A stretch of DNA of 63,746 nt, the filler included, from Octopus bimaculoides (Eukaryota): the NCBI RefSeq assembly GCF_001194135.2. It is 6 parts of 6 records of this genome, joined end to end, with 100 filler letters (N's around TTAATTAATTAA, not from the genome) between each part and the next. Parts side by side here need not be neighbours in the genome. Positions count along the whole stretch, not along the records: positions 18,407 to 34,341 come from NC_068981.1; positions 34,442 to 46,717 come from NC_068988.1; 4 more parts are not named here. One strand, 5' to 3'. Shown here piece after piece: positions 24,355-38,877 of this stretch. The notes beneath the pieces are model-generated. The model saw nothing but the letters and a program-made list of their open reading frames with translations. It was not told the DNA's origin and searched no databases. A program made the position numbers and the translations under genes. The first letter of the stretch is position 1. Each line of letters opens with the position of its first letter.

Positions 24355-26564
24355 GCATAGGCATATTTATATAATATACTGAGAAATATGTAACAGAATC
24401 ACCTGATACACACTAAACTATGCTACTTAAGGTAGTGCGTCCCTATGAACAGGCTTTCATATTAATTCGTTTGGTCTTGAATAAGTACTCTGTCGTGTAG
24501 TTGCCTGATCCCGTGTACAATGTTTCTTCTGTGGGTCTTTCATATGAAATACGCATGTTTTGAAGAAATTTGTCAATGTGAATGTAAGTCGGACATAGTA
24601 TTTCATGAGATAAATGTTTAAAATATCAAAACGTATAAAGATGCAATTCTATGTACGATTCTGTATATATTAGATGAAATATTTACCATCCTCGATTTAC
24701 ACCAGTAAACTGAGTTGTCCTCAACTGAGACACTTACACGAACATACATACACACATGTATGTATGTGCATATAAATATGCACAAATACCTACACATATG
24801 AATATATATATATTTGTAAATGTATAGATATATGTTTTCCTTTATCTTCCTTTACATTCTATTACGGAGACATATGTGTATATATATGTATATATANNNN
24901 NNNNNNNNNNNNNNNNNNNNNNNNNNNNNNNNNNNNNNNNNNNNNNNNNNNNNNNNNNNNNNNNNNNNNNNNNNNNNNNNNNNNNNNNNNNNNNNNNNNN
25001 NNNNNNNNNNNNNNNNNNNNNNNNNNNNNNNNNNNNNNNNNNNNNNNNNNNNNNNNNNNNNNNNNNNNNNNNNNNNNNNNNNNNNNNNNNNNNNNNNNNN
25101 NNNNNNNNNNNNNNNNNNNNNNNNNNNNNNNNNNNNNNNNNNNNNNNNNNNNNNNNNNNNNNNNNNNNNNNNNNNNNNNNNNNNNNNNNNNNNNNNNNNN
25201 NNNNNNNNNNNNNNNNNNNNNNNNNNNNNNNNNNNNNNNNNNNNNNNNNNNNNNNNNNNNNNNNNNNNNNNNNNNNNNNNNNNNNNNNNNNNNNNNNNNN
25301 NNNNNNNNNNNNNNNNNNNNNNNNNNNNNNNNNNNNNNNNNNNNNNNNNNNNNNNNNNNNNNNNNNNNNNNNNNNNNNNNNNNNNNNNNNNNNNNNNNNN
25401 NNNNNNNNNNNNNNNNNNNNNNNNNNNNNNNNNNNNNNNNNNNNNNNNNNNNNNNNNNNNNNNNNNNNNNNNNNNNNNNNNNNNNNNNNNNNNNNNNNNN
25501 NNNNNNNNNNNNNNNNNNNNNNNNNNNNNNNNNNNNNNNNNNNNNNNNNNNNNNNNNNNNNNNNNNNNNNNNNNNNNNNNNNNNNNNNNNNNNNNNNNNN
25601 NNNNNNNNNNNNNNNNNNNNNATATATATATATATATATATAGCTTTGTGAATATAATCAGTTCACTGGCTAATAAATATATCATTATTTAATTTACTAC
25701 AGTCTTATCAATAACTCGGGACTACTGCCCATTCATTAATCAGAGTAATAGTACGTTAACCATATATATTTTATTTCCAGTTCAAATATGAATAGCAATT
25801 TATATCTTCGTAGATTATATTTTCCTTTGAATATAAAATGGCCTTGTCGTAAATATAATCAAATTAAGAATATAATTTCCAGTATATAGTTATATAATTT
25901 CATTTTACGAAAAGCTATTGTCATGTAGTCTCTATATTCTTTGGATGATATTCTCTAGCTATAATATAATTAATCAAAATGTAGGAATATACTCGATTAT
26001 TCAGTTATCGATAACTTTAAAGTTGGTTTAAAATATTGCAACAAGTAAGGTCTAGCAAGGCTATGAAAGATTATGTTTTAGAACAAACTGACAGAATCAA
26101 TTGTGTCGATAACGCTAGGTTAAAATTAATTGCATTTACGCATAGAATTGGTGGATGTGTCATTCGTTTCGATTCAAATTAATCTTGTATGGAAGAAAGT
26201 GTTTTCAAGTGAAAATAAAATTGTCACAGGAAAAAATGGTTAATGTCTATCTTCAATGTATTTTAAATATTGTTGAGTCATAGTGATTTAAACTACTATT
26301 ATTAACCTGTTTACGAATTTGGCTAAATTGTTAACCTGCTGGACTCTGGATCTTAATATCCCATGTTCCATTTCCTAACTGGGTGGTACATTGTCCTCTT
26401 TTGAAAATACATCATTTAAGCTTGACTGACTTCAATGGTATTGAGATATATCTGTTGCCTCTACTGCAAGAAGACCATTAAGCCGAAATGTTGTAAATTC
26501 AGATGAAAATGAGGCTAATTGAACATTGAATAAGATCATTTGAATATACTAATATTCATAACAA

Positions 26565-26720
26565 GGAAAGGCAGCGAGATGACAGAACTGTTCCCATGAC
26601 GGGTGAAATACGTAGCGGCATGTTGTCCGTATTTGCGTTATGAGTCCAAAGTTAGCTGTGCCATTAATCCTTTCAGGGTCAATAAAATAAGTACCAGTTG
26701 AATAACGTGATCGATGTAAT
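26565..26720 (+). mobile_element. SINE family B, diverged
   Basis: ggcagcgagatgacagaac head; taatcctttcagggtcaataaaataagtaccag core. Confidence 0.75.
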
Positions 26721-27968
26721 CCACGTATCTAGCATAGCGTTTTAATTATGCACAATATGTCCAAATCTGTAGTGATCTGATCACATACGTTGTTCGACAA
26801 AGATACTAATCTATGTTGACGGAGCAGGTAAGAATTTGTCTACTGCCACAATGCTGCTCCAAATTATACTTCTTTCTATGAATGTATTAAAGTTTAACGC
26901 TTTGTATTAGAAGCCTTTAATATCTAAAACATGCTAAACCAAATGATGTTAATTTGGTAAAGCAGTACGGCCTGAGAATCGTATGGAATTGTTCTGTATC
27001 ACTTAGATAAACTGATGTATGAGCGTTTATGTAGGAATCATTATGCATATAATTAAACAAGTTTCAATTAAGATTTTACATCATTAACAAAATATGTGCT
27101 ACGAATTTTAAGTATGTCTCGATTTAAAATGTACGAATTTATATCATTGAATGGTATCTATGAATCATGTAAGAGGAGAGAGTTTTTTTTTATATTGCAA
27201 GGAGCTGTTATTTGGAACAAAAATAGTCTTGAACAAGTATACACATGATTAAAGTAAATCCAGTGATGAGAATTCCATTTTGCAATTCAAATGTGCTACA
27301 AACCGGACTTCAGTTTAAACAATGAATTTGTTAAATATAGCATACAGTATATAGTATACACTAAATACATACAATGTGTAACTGCTTTGGCGATTAATAA
27401 AGATGTAACTCCTCTCGCAATTAGGTCAAACAGATCAGATATACGCACTTAATGGTTTAGGAATTATATGTGTTTGTACCTAACCGCTCTCAGCAAGCAA
27501 AACTATTAACGCAAGTTATACAAATTGTAAATGTACATCATACAGATACATGTGCAATATGAAATGAACGTCAAAGTATTAGCACAGGGACATGGTAAAC
27601 ATTTGACGTCATGCTCGCTTGAGATCTGACAGCAAAGCACTATATTCTGAAATTAATTCATTGGCAATGCGAGCGAAGATATAAAACACCCCAGACACAA
27701 AATAATGTCGCTAGGCGAAACTAGAAATGCATGAACAATGGAACAAAATGTCAAGTACACACACCATGTTATTCAACTGTCATATATGACCATTAAACAT
27801 CTCATACTGCTACTGTATTATAAAGGTCGGACTCAGCTAAACTCCAATTTAATCATGTAAAAAATATATCTACTTTATTTAATTTTTCCAAAGAAAACCA
27901 TGCACATATTAATTACTTGAAAAATATGTTAGGAGTTGAAAGTAATAAGAATGATATTGGGTCTTCTA

Positions 27969-28062
<94 letters not shown>

Positions 28063-28429
28063 NNNNNNNNNNNNNNNNNNNNNNNNNNNNNNNNNNNNNN
28101 NNNNNNNNNNNNNNNNNNNNNNNNNNNNNNNNNNNNNNNNNNNNNNNNNNNNNNNNNNNNNNNNNNNNNNNNNNNNNNNNNNNNNNNNNNNNNNNNNNNN
28201 NNNNNNNNNNNNNNNNNNNNNNNNNNNNNNGCAACAAGGTGGAGAAAAGAGTACTCAAGTACCAGAGGTAGAGTAATGTGCTTTATTTAAAAGCAGCAGA
28301 AAAAAATTGTTACTCGGAATTTCTCGTTCCCGTTCATCGGACAGTTTTGTTATGTGCTCGTATGGATGTGCATACCTATACATATACCGTGTGTTTGTAT
28401 GATAGCGCTTGTGGGAGGGGCGCACTCAC

Positions 28430-29500
28430 AAGTGATGTGTATATAGAAATTAATGCAAAATAATGATGGTTTATTAAATGACGAAAGGAATTAAAATTCC
28501 AGAAGTTGAAAACATAACAGGTTGCCTATACAAAGGCACTACTCAACGTTATTTCCATCTTTATGGGTGCATTTTTGCTACCAACAAAACGTAATATCGA
28601 ATCTTTCCTGAAAAATTTCAGGTGTGCACATTTCTAATCCATTTCAACACAGCTAATTTCACTTCCTCTTTTCCCCTAAATAGTTGTTTCCCAAGAACGT
28701 CTCGTTCTGGACACTTCAGGCGATAGTCGCAGGACACGAGAACCACACTGTACGGGAATTATTCCACAAATGCCTGACATAATGCCTTCATTGCCCGATT
28801 TGTTGTCAAATGGGTACGTGATTTCGTTAAACTTACTTGTTTACTCCATTCCTGCAGATGTGTTTCCCAAAGATCTTTGAATAACTTAATACATCACTGT
28901 TAACGGTAGAGAATCGTTGCTAAACAGCAAGATGAAGTCCTTGTTATCCCCAATAACTGCTAACGTAATTTTTCTGATTACATTCGGTTGTCTTACGTAT
29001 TTGAGCGAAAGGTAGAACACCATTCTATAGAGCAATGTTTCGTTTCCTGATCATGAAGATACGTCCACTTTACATCCTATACAACCATATAGTGAGAAAA
29101 AAACATGTATTAGACGGTCTCAAAGATTCCAAGATATAAGTGCACAATGCTTTCATTCAAATCAAGTGACAACTACTGAGGTAACAACTATACAGACACT
29201 CCCTGATATCAATATCTACAGTATCTTCTCACCTGCATTGTGATGAGAGTCGAGTTATGCTTAAGCTCTTCGATTGTGAATTATCTCCTCTGAACACTGA
29301 GATAAATTCGTCCATTTGCTGTGATACCTGTCACTGGTCGCAGTTATTCCTCTGCCGATGCATAGTTTTCATTCTCTAAGCATCTTTTCACTTTACCCAC
29401 ATTGATCTTTTCAATGGATTTATCTCCTTAAACAACCTATAATCTTCTGTGGATGACGCAAAGCTTGCCGCCAACCTTCCTGATGGGAGAAACGTTATAA
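28430..29500 (-). mobile_element. old, heavily decayed mariner transposon
   Basis: Minus-strand remnants resemble the PYSxDLxxCDY.L motif, EEVKLAVLKW and the N-terminal RP.T..T/RRxTIEEL region; many stops and frameshifts; TIRs not resolved. Confidence 0.5.
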
Positions 29501-29634
29501 TACTAAATCGTACAAGTGTATTTAAGCCTTCTAACATTAAATATACAGACACACACATACGAATATAAAAGAATATATATATACATATTAATATGTATCT
29601 GCATATATCTGTATATAATATTTATATTTATGCA

Positions 29635-29650
29635 TCTATCTATCTATCTG

Positions 29651-29713
<63 letters not shown>

Positions 29714-29718
29714 CTCTC
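29635..29718. repeat. (TCTA)n microsatellite
   Basis: Direct reading. Confidence 0.95.
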
Positions 29719-31796
29719 NNNNNNNNNNNNNNNNNNNNNNNNNNNNNNNNNNNNNNNNNNNNNNNNNNNNNNNNNNNNNNNNNNNNNNNNNNNNNNNNNN
29801 NNNNNNNNNNNNNNNNNNNNNNNNNNNNNNNNNNNNNNNNNNNNNNNNNNNNNNNNNNNNNNNNNNNNNNNNNNNNNNNNNNNNNNNNNNNNNNNNNNNN
29901 NNNNNNNNNNNNNNNNNNNNNNNNNNNNNNNNNNNNNNNNNNNNNNNNNNNNNNNNNNNNNNNNNNNNNNNNNNNNNNNNNNNNNNNNNNNNNNNNNNNN
30001 NNNNNNNNNNNNNNNNNNNNNNNNNNNNNNNNNNNNNNNNNNNNNNNNNNNNNNNNNNNNNNNNNNNNNNNNNNNNNNNNNNNNNNNNNNNNNNNNNNNN
30101 NNNNNNNNNNNNNNNNNNNNNNNNNNNNNNNNNNNNNNNNNNNNNNNNNNNNNNNNNNNNNNNNNNNNATATATATATATATATATATATACACGTGCAT
30201 ACATATATATTCACACATATATGTACACATACGTATATAACTGTACCCAGTTATATGTACACAGGCAAACATGCAAACATTCTCGGAAACACGCACAGTT
30301 ATGTAGTGGAAGAAAATTACGCAAAATATTCTACTTGTTCCATGCGTGTGTAAATGTTGAAGTCAACAGTTTCGAGACTTTTAACGTGTGTGTCAGTACA
30401 AAATACAATTAATACCTCTTCTAACATATTCTGCTCTTACCATCGCTTTCTTTCAATTTATAATGGAATTGTAAACATTTTTGCGACGTGTTGTAATGTG
30501 TATTAGGTGTGAAACAGGCACGGACGTGTGATGTATTCTCTAAAGACGATTATATATTTTACAAAACAGAAGTACAAAATATTTAAAAAACTAAAAACAA
30601 ACACAAGAGTTCTTTAGAGTAAAAGCAAACATTCCAACGTAAATTTCCAGAGCTGATTAATACAATAATGCTACAAGTTTAGAGATATTCAGCACAAACA
30701 ATGAATGGTGTAAAACAGTTCAATTTTAGAAAAATTAATCCCAAAAGTAACAACAAATTACTTTCAAAAGATGTGTTACTCGTATTTTGTAAACCTCTAT
30801 ACTCTGCATCGTAGGACGTAAATAGAAATTTAAGGGTAAAGCTGTTTAATGTAAAGAACTGTGTTACACTGAAAGAGTATTTGGAAATAAAATCGAATCA
30901 ATTATGTTTGAAGTCGGTTGATCAGTGAAACAACAAATGAGATTATGTATCTGAGAACAAAAAAAAGAAAGTTTTATATAAATAATGCCCAAGAATGTAC
31001 TAAGAATAGCTACAAACATCATAGATTCGACGAAAGAAAAATAATGAGAAAATGTCAAATTGGCTAAAATGAACTTGAAGAGAAGCTAAAAGGAAAGGAT
31101 AACAACGTAACGAGTGCTAAACTGACTGCGTTATATTCACAAAGTTTATTGTCTGGTGTGTACTATAAATGCTTTCTGAATATATTTTTGGCAAATCAGA
31201 AATTTTCAGAATTGGTTATATAAATGAATGTAATAACGTTAGTAAAAGCACAGTAGAGCTTATCCAGAATAAGCGACTGGATATAAGAAAAATATATAAC
31301 TTTCGTTGTAACATATTTCTGAGAGAAATTTAAAATAGCAATATTGATTAAATAGCAATACGTGTAGCATGTGCAATTACTTAAAAATAGGAGTATTTTG
31401 TAATTTATATTGTGATAATATTGAAAGAAACTGAACAATATAATTGAATTATTTATCCTCACAGAGGGACGCAGCTGTAGCAAATATAAGATTCGAAATT
31501 CATTCTGAAGAAGTGTGTATAATATTCGCTTACCTAATTATTCTGGCGTTACACAAGATTTCAAATAACGTCAGAACAAAACATCTAATTAATTACTTAC
31601 CTATTACCAATCTGTATACGTTACTCTGTTACATATGGGCGACAAAAGACATTCTACACAACTAAGAAAGTATGAATGAAGTAATATTCAGTGTATACGT
31701 CTCACTGTAGCCCGTGAAATAATGTCAAATGACATCACCTGGGGTTTTCCCTGCATATACTTGTTTCATTAAAGTGTATGTGTATATGTCTGGGTA

Positions 31797-31838
<42 letters not shown>

Positions 31839-32849
31839 GGTGTGTGTGTGTGTGTGTGTGTGTGTGGCTGTTGTTACGGTGCTTCAGGATGATCAGTTTG
31901 CCAATATAATCAAACACATGATTTATATATTTTTCCTTTAAGCTTTGATTAATCTAAGATATTTTTCTGTCAACAATTATGCCTCTTCTATAATAGCTTT
32001 TTTGTTACATGTTATTTGATCACGATTATTATTATGTGCATTCATTTTTCGTATGCATACATGTACGTGTTTCATGTTGAAATCATCCATGGTGAGCATG
32101 CGTGTAAATGTGACTTAATGAATCGTACTTTACTAATAGGAAAGTGTACTCAAATATGTAGAAGTCACTATGTACGTGGAATTTATTTTTCTCTGTCTAA
32201 TACATATTTATATACCTTATTATTTTTATGTTATTTCTTTCTCTTCTAAACGCCTGGAATATTGCATCTACAACTTATAACATCTTAAGTTTATATGAAA
32301 TTATCCGTATATCAAAAATTCATCGGCAGTATCTCATTGTATTCGTGTACATTATGAGTATAGTGCTTATATTAAATAAACATGTGCATATACACACGCG
32401 TGCTCAAACATATACCCATCTATTTGCCCTTGCATGCATGCATGCTTCCTTCCATCGAGCTTTCATGTCTTGATTTATACTCTACAGGTGTTAAACCCTT
32501 GCACTCAGAAATTAGGTCGTCCACTATTTCAATCCCATTGGTGTAGTATCACCACTTTGGATGTACTCCATTTTTATCACAGTAACTTGGTAGGTTCCAG
32601 TCAAGAAGCTAAAGTACTTCCGAGTCAGCACCTAAGACAAAGCCTTCTCACATTGCATTTAGCCCTGAGCTTCATGGCTACAGATTGGTGAGCTTCAAGT
32701 CTACAGCAGCTTGTTTGCTACGCGACAAACATTTGTCATGTAGATGTGTTTGTTCTCACCTATCAACTAATTGTTAAAACGCTTTTTGCTTTGCTATTGA
32801 TTTCACCTTCTTTACAACAGTTGCTGCACTTCCATCGTGCTGCTCAACC

Positions 32850-33080
32850 CAGATATCATGCATGAACTGACGAGGAAACCTTTTATTCTTCTTAGGTCCA
32901 ATCGTGGCGTTTTGTAAGAGATTTCAAATCCGATCAAACCTCGAAAACCTTGAGCGCTGGGAAGGTAAAGACGATCTGCGTAGGCCTTTGGTTCATGCAC
33001 CTTACTGTAAGTCTGTAGCGTACATATTTTCCTGTCAATCTTCCTTATTTCATTCATATTCCATGTCAACAAATTGAAAC
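32850..33080 (-). mobile_element. old R4-like LINE RT C-terminal fragment
   Basis: LTWNMNEIRKIDRK...HEPKAYADRLYLPSAQGFRGLIGFEISYKT matches the HPKADxDRLYLPRxxGGRGL motif. Confidence 0.75.
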
Positions 33081-33864
33081 TATATATAACAAGTGAAACT
33101 GCAAAGGTATTTATTTTTGGAATTTTGTTACGTGAATTTAACTCAGATTAAAGGACTGCAGGAACAATGCTATCGCATTCTTTCCTGAACATCTATTTCA
33201 TGCGTGCATGCTGAATACTAGAACACTTATTTATTCCGGAATAGTTGTAAGATTGTTACTGCTGAAGATGTTTTATAACTGTGTCAACATCTAACACTAC
33301 TGACTGAGAGTTCTTCAATTTCCCTTTCTGTAAATTGGCCATAGCACTATTATCAAAACCAATTTCAATCCCGATGTAAACAATTAATCCTTTCACAGTA
33401 TGTAAAAGACCTTAAAGCTCATTATCGTTTTTACCATAGAATTCAAGTCGACTGTCATTCATGTAAAATGAAAGGCTTCTTTTTCTTATCAATTTTACAC
33501 CCGTACCCTGTTCTGTTAAGTTTTGGTGTAAGAAGGATTAGGGCTATGCAATAGATTAGAGGTGACAATGAGTCACCTTGCAAAATTCCACAGTGGATAT
33601 TAATGTTATTTGTATTCAGTACTCCATTAGAGTTTTAAACTGGAGATTCGTATTCCACAAGGACATGTTGTGCTTGAGGAAGTTTGAAATTACGGTAGGA
33701 ATTTTGAAGATATTCAGTAATTCCAAGATCCATGAATGCGGTATGTTATAAATGGCTGTTTTATAATCAATGGATGCGGAACGGAGATTCCTGCGTCAGT
33801 AATGACAGTTCTCAAGGATTATGCGGTTGATTAGGTGTTGATGATAGTTCTCAAGGATCATGAT

Positions 33865-34341
33865 TTATTATTATTATTATTATTATTGTTCAGTAGTTTT
33901 ATTTTTATAACGTGCTTTCACTTCACTACCGAGCGCAGCTCTGTGCGCCTTGGGTATTTGCTGTGGTTTGCTGTGGTGCTCTTATGTTTATTGTATTGAA
34001 AGTGTTTAGCGTAGAATGTGTGCAGTACCCAGTAGTGCAATGTTCTGTATGTTATATATATTTGTAAGTCCTGGTGTTTTTGTTATGTATTTGTCTGAAT
34101 AATTTTTTATTATACCTAAGGCACCTACTATGATAGGAATTGTTTCTGTTTTTAGATTCCACATTCGAGTTATCTCTATTTCCAGGTCTTTGTATTTTGA
34201 AAGTTTTTCCATTTCTTTTAGAGAAACGTTGTCATCTGCTGGTATTGATACATCAATTAGAAAGCATTTTTTTCCTTCATGATCTTTGACAACTATATCT
34301 GGTCTATTTGCCTTAATGTCTCTATCTGTGTGTATTGGCAT
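33865..34341 (-). mobile_element. R4/Dong-like LINE 3' end: RLE endonuclease, 3' UTR and (AAT)n tail
   Basis: PIHTDRDIKANRPDIVVKDH..CFLIDVSIP..EKLSKYKDLEIE..PIIVGALG..LLGTAHILR* is a PD-(D/E)xK RLE domain; followed by aataaaactactgaacaataataat. Confidence 0.92.
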
Positions 34342-34441
34342 NNNNNNNNNNNNNNNNNNNNNNNNNNNNNNNNNNNNNNNNNNNNTTAATTAATTAANNN
34401 NNNNNNNNNNNNNNNNNNNNNNNNNNNNNNNNNNNNNNNNN

Positions 34442-34483
<42 letters not shown>

Positions 34484-35559
34484 TATATTATATATTATAT
34501 TTTCATTCGTAGTGGAAATTAATGCCGAGATTTATGAGTGTAATTTGATCGAGGCTGAGTGTCTGCTATGAGCAGTTGAAGAATTTGTTTTCGTGCGTTG
34601 GTACCGATATTTTACCGTTATAGAGACTACTATACTTGCGTGTCTTGAGATTACTTATTCGGCATTAGTGTGAAGTCTGTTCATTATTCATGGCTGAGAA
34701 CAGAGCTGGATTAAGATTCACAGAGGCCCTAAACACTTAAAAGACTTTGATGCCTCTATATATACATGTGATTCAAAATATAAACAATAATAAACCATAA
34801 AATAATTTTCTATTTTTCAAAATGAAACAAAACTAACAATAAGATTGAAAACAATCTTTATTTTTGTATACTTCTACTTTATTGATATTTAGAAAGTTCT
34901 CTACTTTTTTTAATTGCAAAGTCTTTGAACAGATCCTCTCTATAATGCCAAGAACACTTTGAAATTATATTTCCGATCATATAAATCACTTCGAATATTA
35001 TATTAGCAAGTTTAAAGTGATTTCTTTTGTGCCGTAAACCTTTTACCATTTCTGTGCTTCCCCCGCTTCTGTTGATGACCTTAAGCACATTGCTTATTTG
35101 GCAGAGAATATATTATTAAGCAAATGTTTATCACCGCGTTTACGATGTTATTTTATACGCAGATGTGAAGGTCTAGAAAACGAAAACATCATGACCTAGA
35201 TCCGAACATTCCCAGTACGTTGGCACTAAAGAATATAAATAAACTATACACGAAAAACAAGTCTAAGTATGCAAAACATAATTACACTATCTTATTAAAT
35301 ATTGTGGACTTTCTAGACCTGGAGCTCGTCAGTGTTTGTGGATCAAAATTATGACAAGGATGGTTTTACACCCAACTCCAAATGTCGATTGTTTCGTTAC
35401 AGCACAAAGCGAATTGAGGATCATCAGCGAAGACGTTGTGGGTTCTATATTCGCAAAAATTAGACATACAACTGACTTATTACAATGAAAATTAGGAATC
35501 AGTAAAATGTGGGGGGGGGGGACCTGTGCCGCACCACCATATCCAAAATTGATATCAGC

Positions 35560-36180
35560 ATAACGATGATTTCAAATTTTGGTTGCAAGGTCAGTAATTT
35601 CGAAGGAGAGGATAAATTTATTATATCGACCGACCTCAGTGTTCAGCTGGTACTTATTTTTGATCGACCGCCGAAATGATGGAAGAAGAAGAAGAAGAAG
35701 AAGAAGAAGAAGAAGAAGAAGAAGAAGAAGAAATTAAATATATAATGATATATAATCCTTCCTTCTGAAAGCACAAGGCCTTGGAATTTGGGGGGAGGGG
35801 ACTAATCGATTATATCGACCCCAGTATGCAACTTGTACTTAATTTATCGACTCCGAAAGGATGAAAGGCAAAGTCGACGGCGGTGGAATTTGAACTCAGA
35901 ACGTAGCGACGGGTGAAATACCGGTAAGCATTTCGTCCAGCGTGCTAACCATCTTATATATAATCTTTTCTGCTCTAGGCACAAGGCCCGAAATTTTGGA
36001 GGAGGGGGGCAGTCGATTAGATCGACCCTAGTGCGTAACTGCTACTTAATTTATCGACGCCAAAAGGATGAAAGGCAAAGTCGACCTCAGCGGAATTTGA
36101 ACTCAGACCGTAACGATAAACGAAATACCGCTAAGCATTTCGTCCAGCATGCTAACGATTCTGCCGGCTCACCACCTTAT
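35560..36180 (-). mobile_element. three consecutive same-orientation family B SINEs, CpG-rich
   Basis: ggatgaaaggcaaagtcgac...ggaatttgaactcag at ~35860-35900 and ~36065-36105; partial copy at ~35580-35670; (GAA)n at 35682-35731. Confidence 0.88.
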
Positions 36181-36779
36181 ATATAGTGATAGTGACAATG
36201 AATACAATAGTTAGTTATTGACAGAGATACAGATAGAGCGATATAGAAGGTGTGAAGATATTTGTTTATAAAAAATGATACTTGCATGTCGAAGTATATA
36301 CTTTTGTTGACGATTGCGTGTATAAAAATATATCATCGCTATGAGAAATTAACCCAGGACAGTAAAGTGTGATTAGGTGTTTTTGAGAGTAGAGATATAA
36401 ATGCATAGAAATAACATATTATTCTAGTGCTTGAGAATTCTGCTGCTTCGGTCAGGTAGTAGCACAAAAATTTGAAGAAAATACTTGGAGGAATACCTAC
36501 AGAAACCTAGCATTTCTCATCCTTTACTCAATCTGCGTCATCTTGAAATAATACCAAAGCTATCTCAAGGACAATATCGAAAATGTCAGTTGTACCTATT
36601 TTAGCATTTACATCGTATCTTGAATTCAGGTTAGTGTTGCTGAAAACACTAACATAATATTAACTCGTGCCATATGATTGCAAGATGTTCTACATTGACT
36701 TCTGATGCATACAATTGAAAAGGATAAAGTTGATTATTAAAGGAGCCGACACAGCTTCATTCACTATTTATGAATGCCT

Positions 36780-37150
36780 CGAAATGTGAACATTTACTCA
36801 CAGCATGATCTTCCTCGAAGAAAGTCAGCCTATTTCGTTCGTAGTAGCTTGTCCACGGTTTCCTTCAGTTCCATAGTGGAACAGTGCACTTACCTTGGAG
36901 ACTGGGGGTAATGTTGTTCTTCAGGTTATCGTACTCAGCAACATTGCTGACCTTTTGGAAATTTAACGAGCAGACTTTTCGTCGGGTCTTTAGGGATGCA
37001 TTTCTGTCCCCAGTATACACGCAGGGGACAGTTTAGCTTCTGTACCAGTGTTACATCACCCAGCTTAGATTTGTTTTACTCCAGTAGCTTTGTTATTTCT
37101 CGTTTATCTTGATGCTATTATACTTTTAATGAGGTGTCTGCAGATGGGGT
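36780..37150 (-). mobile_element. old RTE-clade LINE RT N-terminal fragment
   Basis: YWGQKCIPKDPTKSLLVKFPKG...LKETVDKLLRTK*ADFLRGRSCCE*MF resembles IWxxExIPxDW..IVKLPKKG...RxEQAGFRxGRSCxDQIF. Confidence 0.65.
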
Positions 37151-37239
37151 GGAAAGGACCATAAAAAAAAAAGGTAGGCAGGGCGTCTATATTTTATTCG
37201 AAGCTGAAGTTTCTTCAATTAATTGTGACACTCAGTTCT

Positions 37240-37614
37240 TATCAGGCTGAGGAAAAAGTAAGCAACGTTTTGAACCATGAAGAATTTGTACCGGACTTTT
37301 GCAAAGTTTTGAATTTTTTAAACATTTTTTTCCAATTGTCTGATAATACAGACATAGAATTGTCCAAATTCATCAATAAATTAACATTGATATTTTTTTC
37401 GCCGTTGTTACAATCATCGGAAATGGAACTGTCAAAGCGCGATATTCGAGCAATTTTGCTATTCAACTTCAAAAAGGACGTAAAGCAGCTGAAACTGCTC
37501 GCGATATCAACGAAACATTTACTGAGGAAATAACCAGTGAGTGGTCAGCTTGAAAATGGTTTAAACGATTTAGCAGTGGAAACCTGAGCCTCGAAAATCG
37601 TGAGCGTAGTGGAC
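37240..37614 (+). mobile_element. cecropia-subfamily mariner 5' end (left TIR and HTH region), running into a gap
   Basis: TIR tatcaggctgaggaaaaagtaagcaacgtttt; from ATG 37423, MELSKRDIRAILLFNFKK(G)RKAAETARDINETF..KWFKRFSSGNLSLENRERSG, with one frameshift and a stop. Confidence 0.88.
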
Positions 37615-38877
37615 NNNNNNNNNNNNNNNNNNNNNNNNNNNNNNNNNNNNNNNNNNNNNNNNNNNNNNNNNNNNNNNNNNNNNNNNNNNNNNNNNNNNNN
37701 NNNNNNNNNNNNNNNNNNNNNNNNNNNNNNNNNNNNNNNNNNNNNNNNNNNNNNNNNNNNNNNNNNNNNNNNNNNNNNNNNNNNNNNNNNNNNNNNNNNN
37801 NNNNNNNNNNNNNNNNNNNNNNNNNNNNNNNNNNNNNNNNNNNNNNNNNNNNNNNNNNNNNNNNNNNNNNNNNNNNNNNNNNNNNNNNNNNNNNNNNNNN
37901 NNNNNNNNNNNNNNNNNNNNNNNNNNNNNNNNNNNNNNNNNNNNNATATATATATATATATATATATATACACGCAAACACATATATACTTATACATTTC
38001 TTTTATAAATTTATATGTATGTATGTGTGTGTGTATGTAGGCATATAGACGAAGAATGTTATGTGTGCGCGCGATTTAATTGGTATCACTTACACTTAAT
38101 CCGCTTTTATGCTGTTGAAAAGATTTAACATGGCTTTCGAAACTAAGATATTTAAAGGCTTAAATATTTTTTTCTCGCTTTTTCTACATTTATTTTGATA
38201 TAGGAAATTAAATAAGGAAAAGATTAGCAGATTCAAAACTTTTAATTCTATATTTACTTGTTTATGTTCGAGAATAAAATATTACGCAATAGGTTTTCCA
38301 GAATATAATTTAACAATTTTTTTAGTGCAATCGGTAATAACAAATCTACCATCTTAAGACCTTGGATAACGCCGCCTCGTTAAACATTACACTCTTTAGG
38401 AGTAAGTCATGTTTACTTCCACTTAATGTCCAGCTCCGATTTCCCCTTGATCGAACTGATTGAGGTGTAGTCTTTCATTGTTTGTATTTTATTTTTTAAT
38501 TGTTTCAGTCATTGGAATACGGCCATTTTGATGCCATTGGAGTACGGCTATTTTGAAGTCATTGGAGTACGGCTTTGGAAAGTTTAGTCAAATAAATCGA
38601 TATCAGTACTTCTTTTTTTATTTAAATTTGGTGCTTATTCCTTTTGTCAGAGAGAAACTGTTTGATTTTTAAATCGTAGAAAGCGACGAAGGTTATCAGA
38701 AGAGAAAGTCAATGCACAATGTGAATCGGAGAGAAATGCTGGAATACTTTTTAAAAAAGCGAGGAGAAGCAGAAGCAAGGATTGGTGGGAATGCGATTAA
38801 CTAAAAGATCATTGTTTGAAATACAAAAAGAAAATAGAGCAAGGCTTCAGTCAAAAAGATTTAAAACTTCTGAAAGA

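Noticed and set aside
35378-35432. Minus-strand CTGATGA...GAAAC
   Set aside because: The intervening 25 nt do not form stem II and there is no suitable NUH site with stem I.
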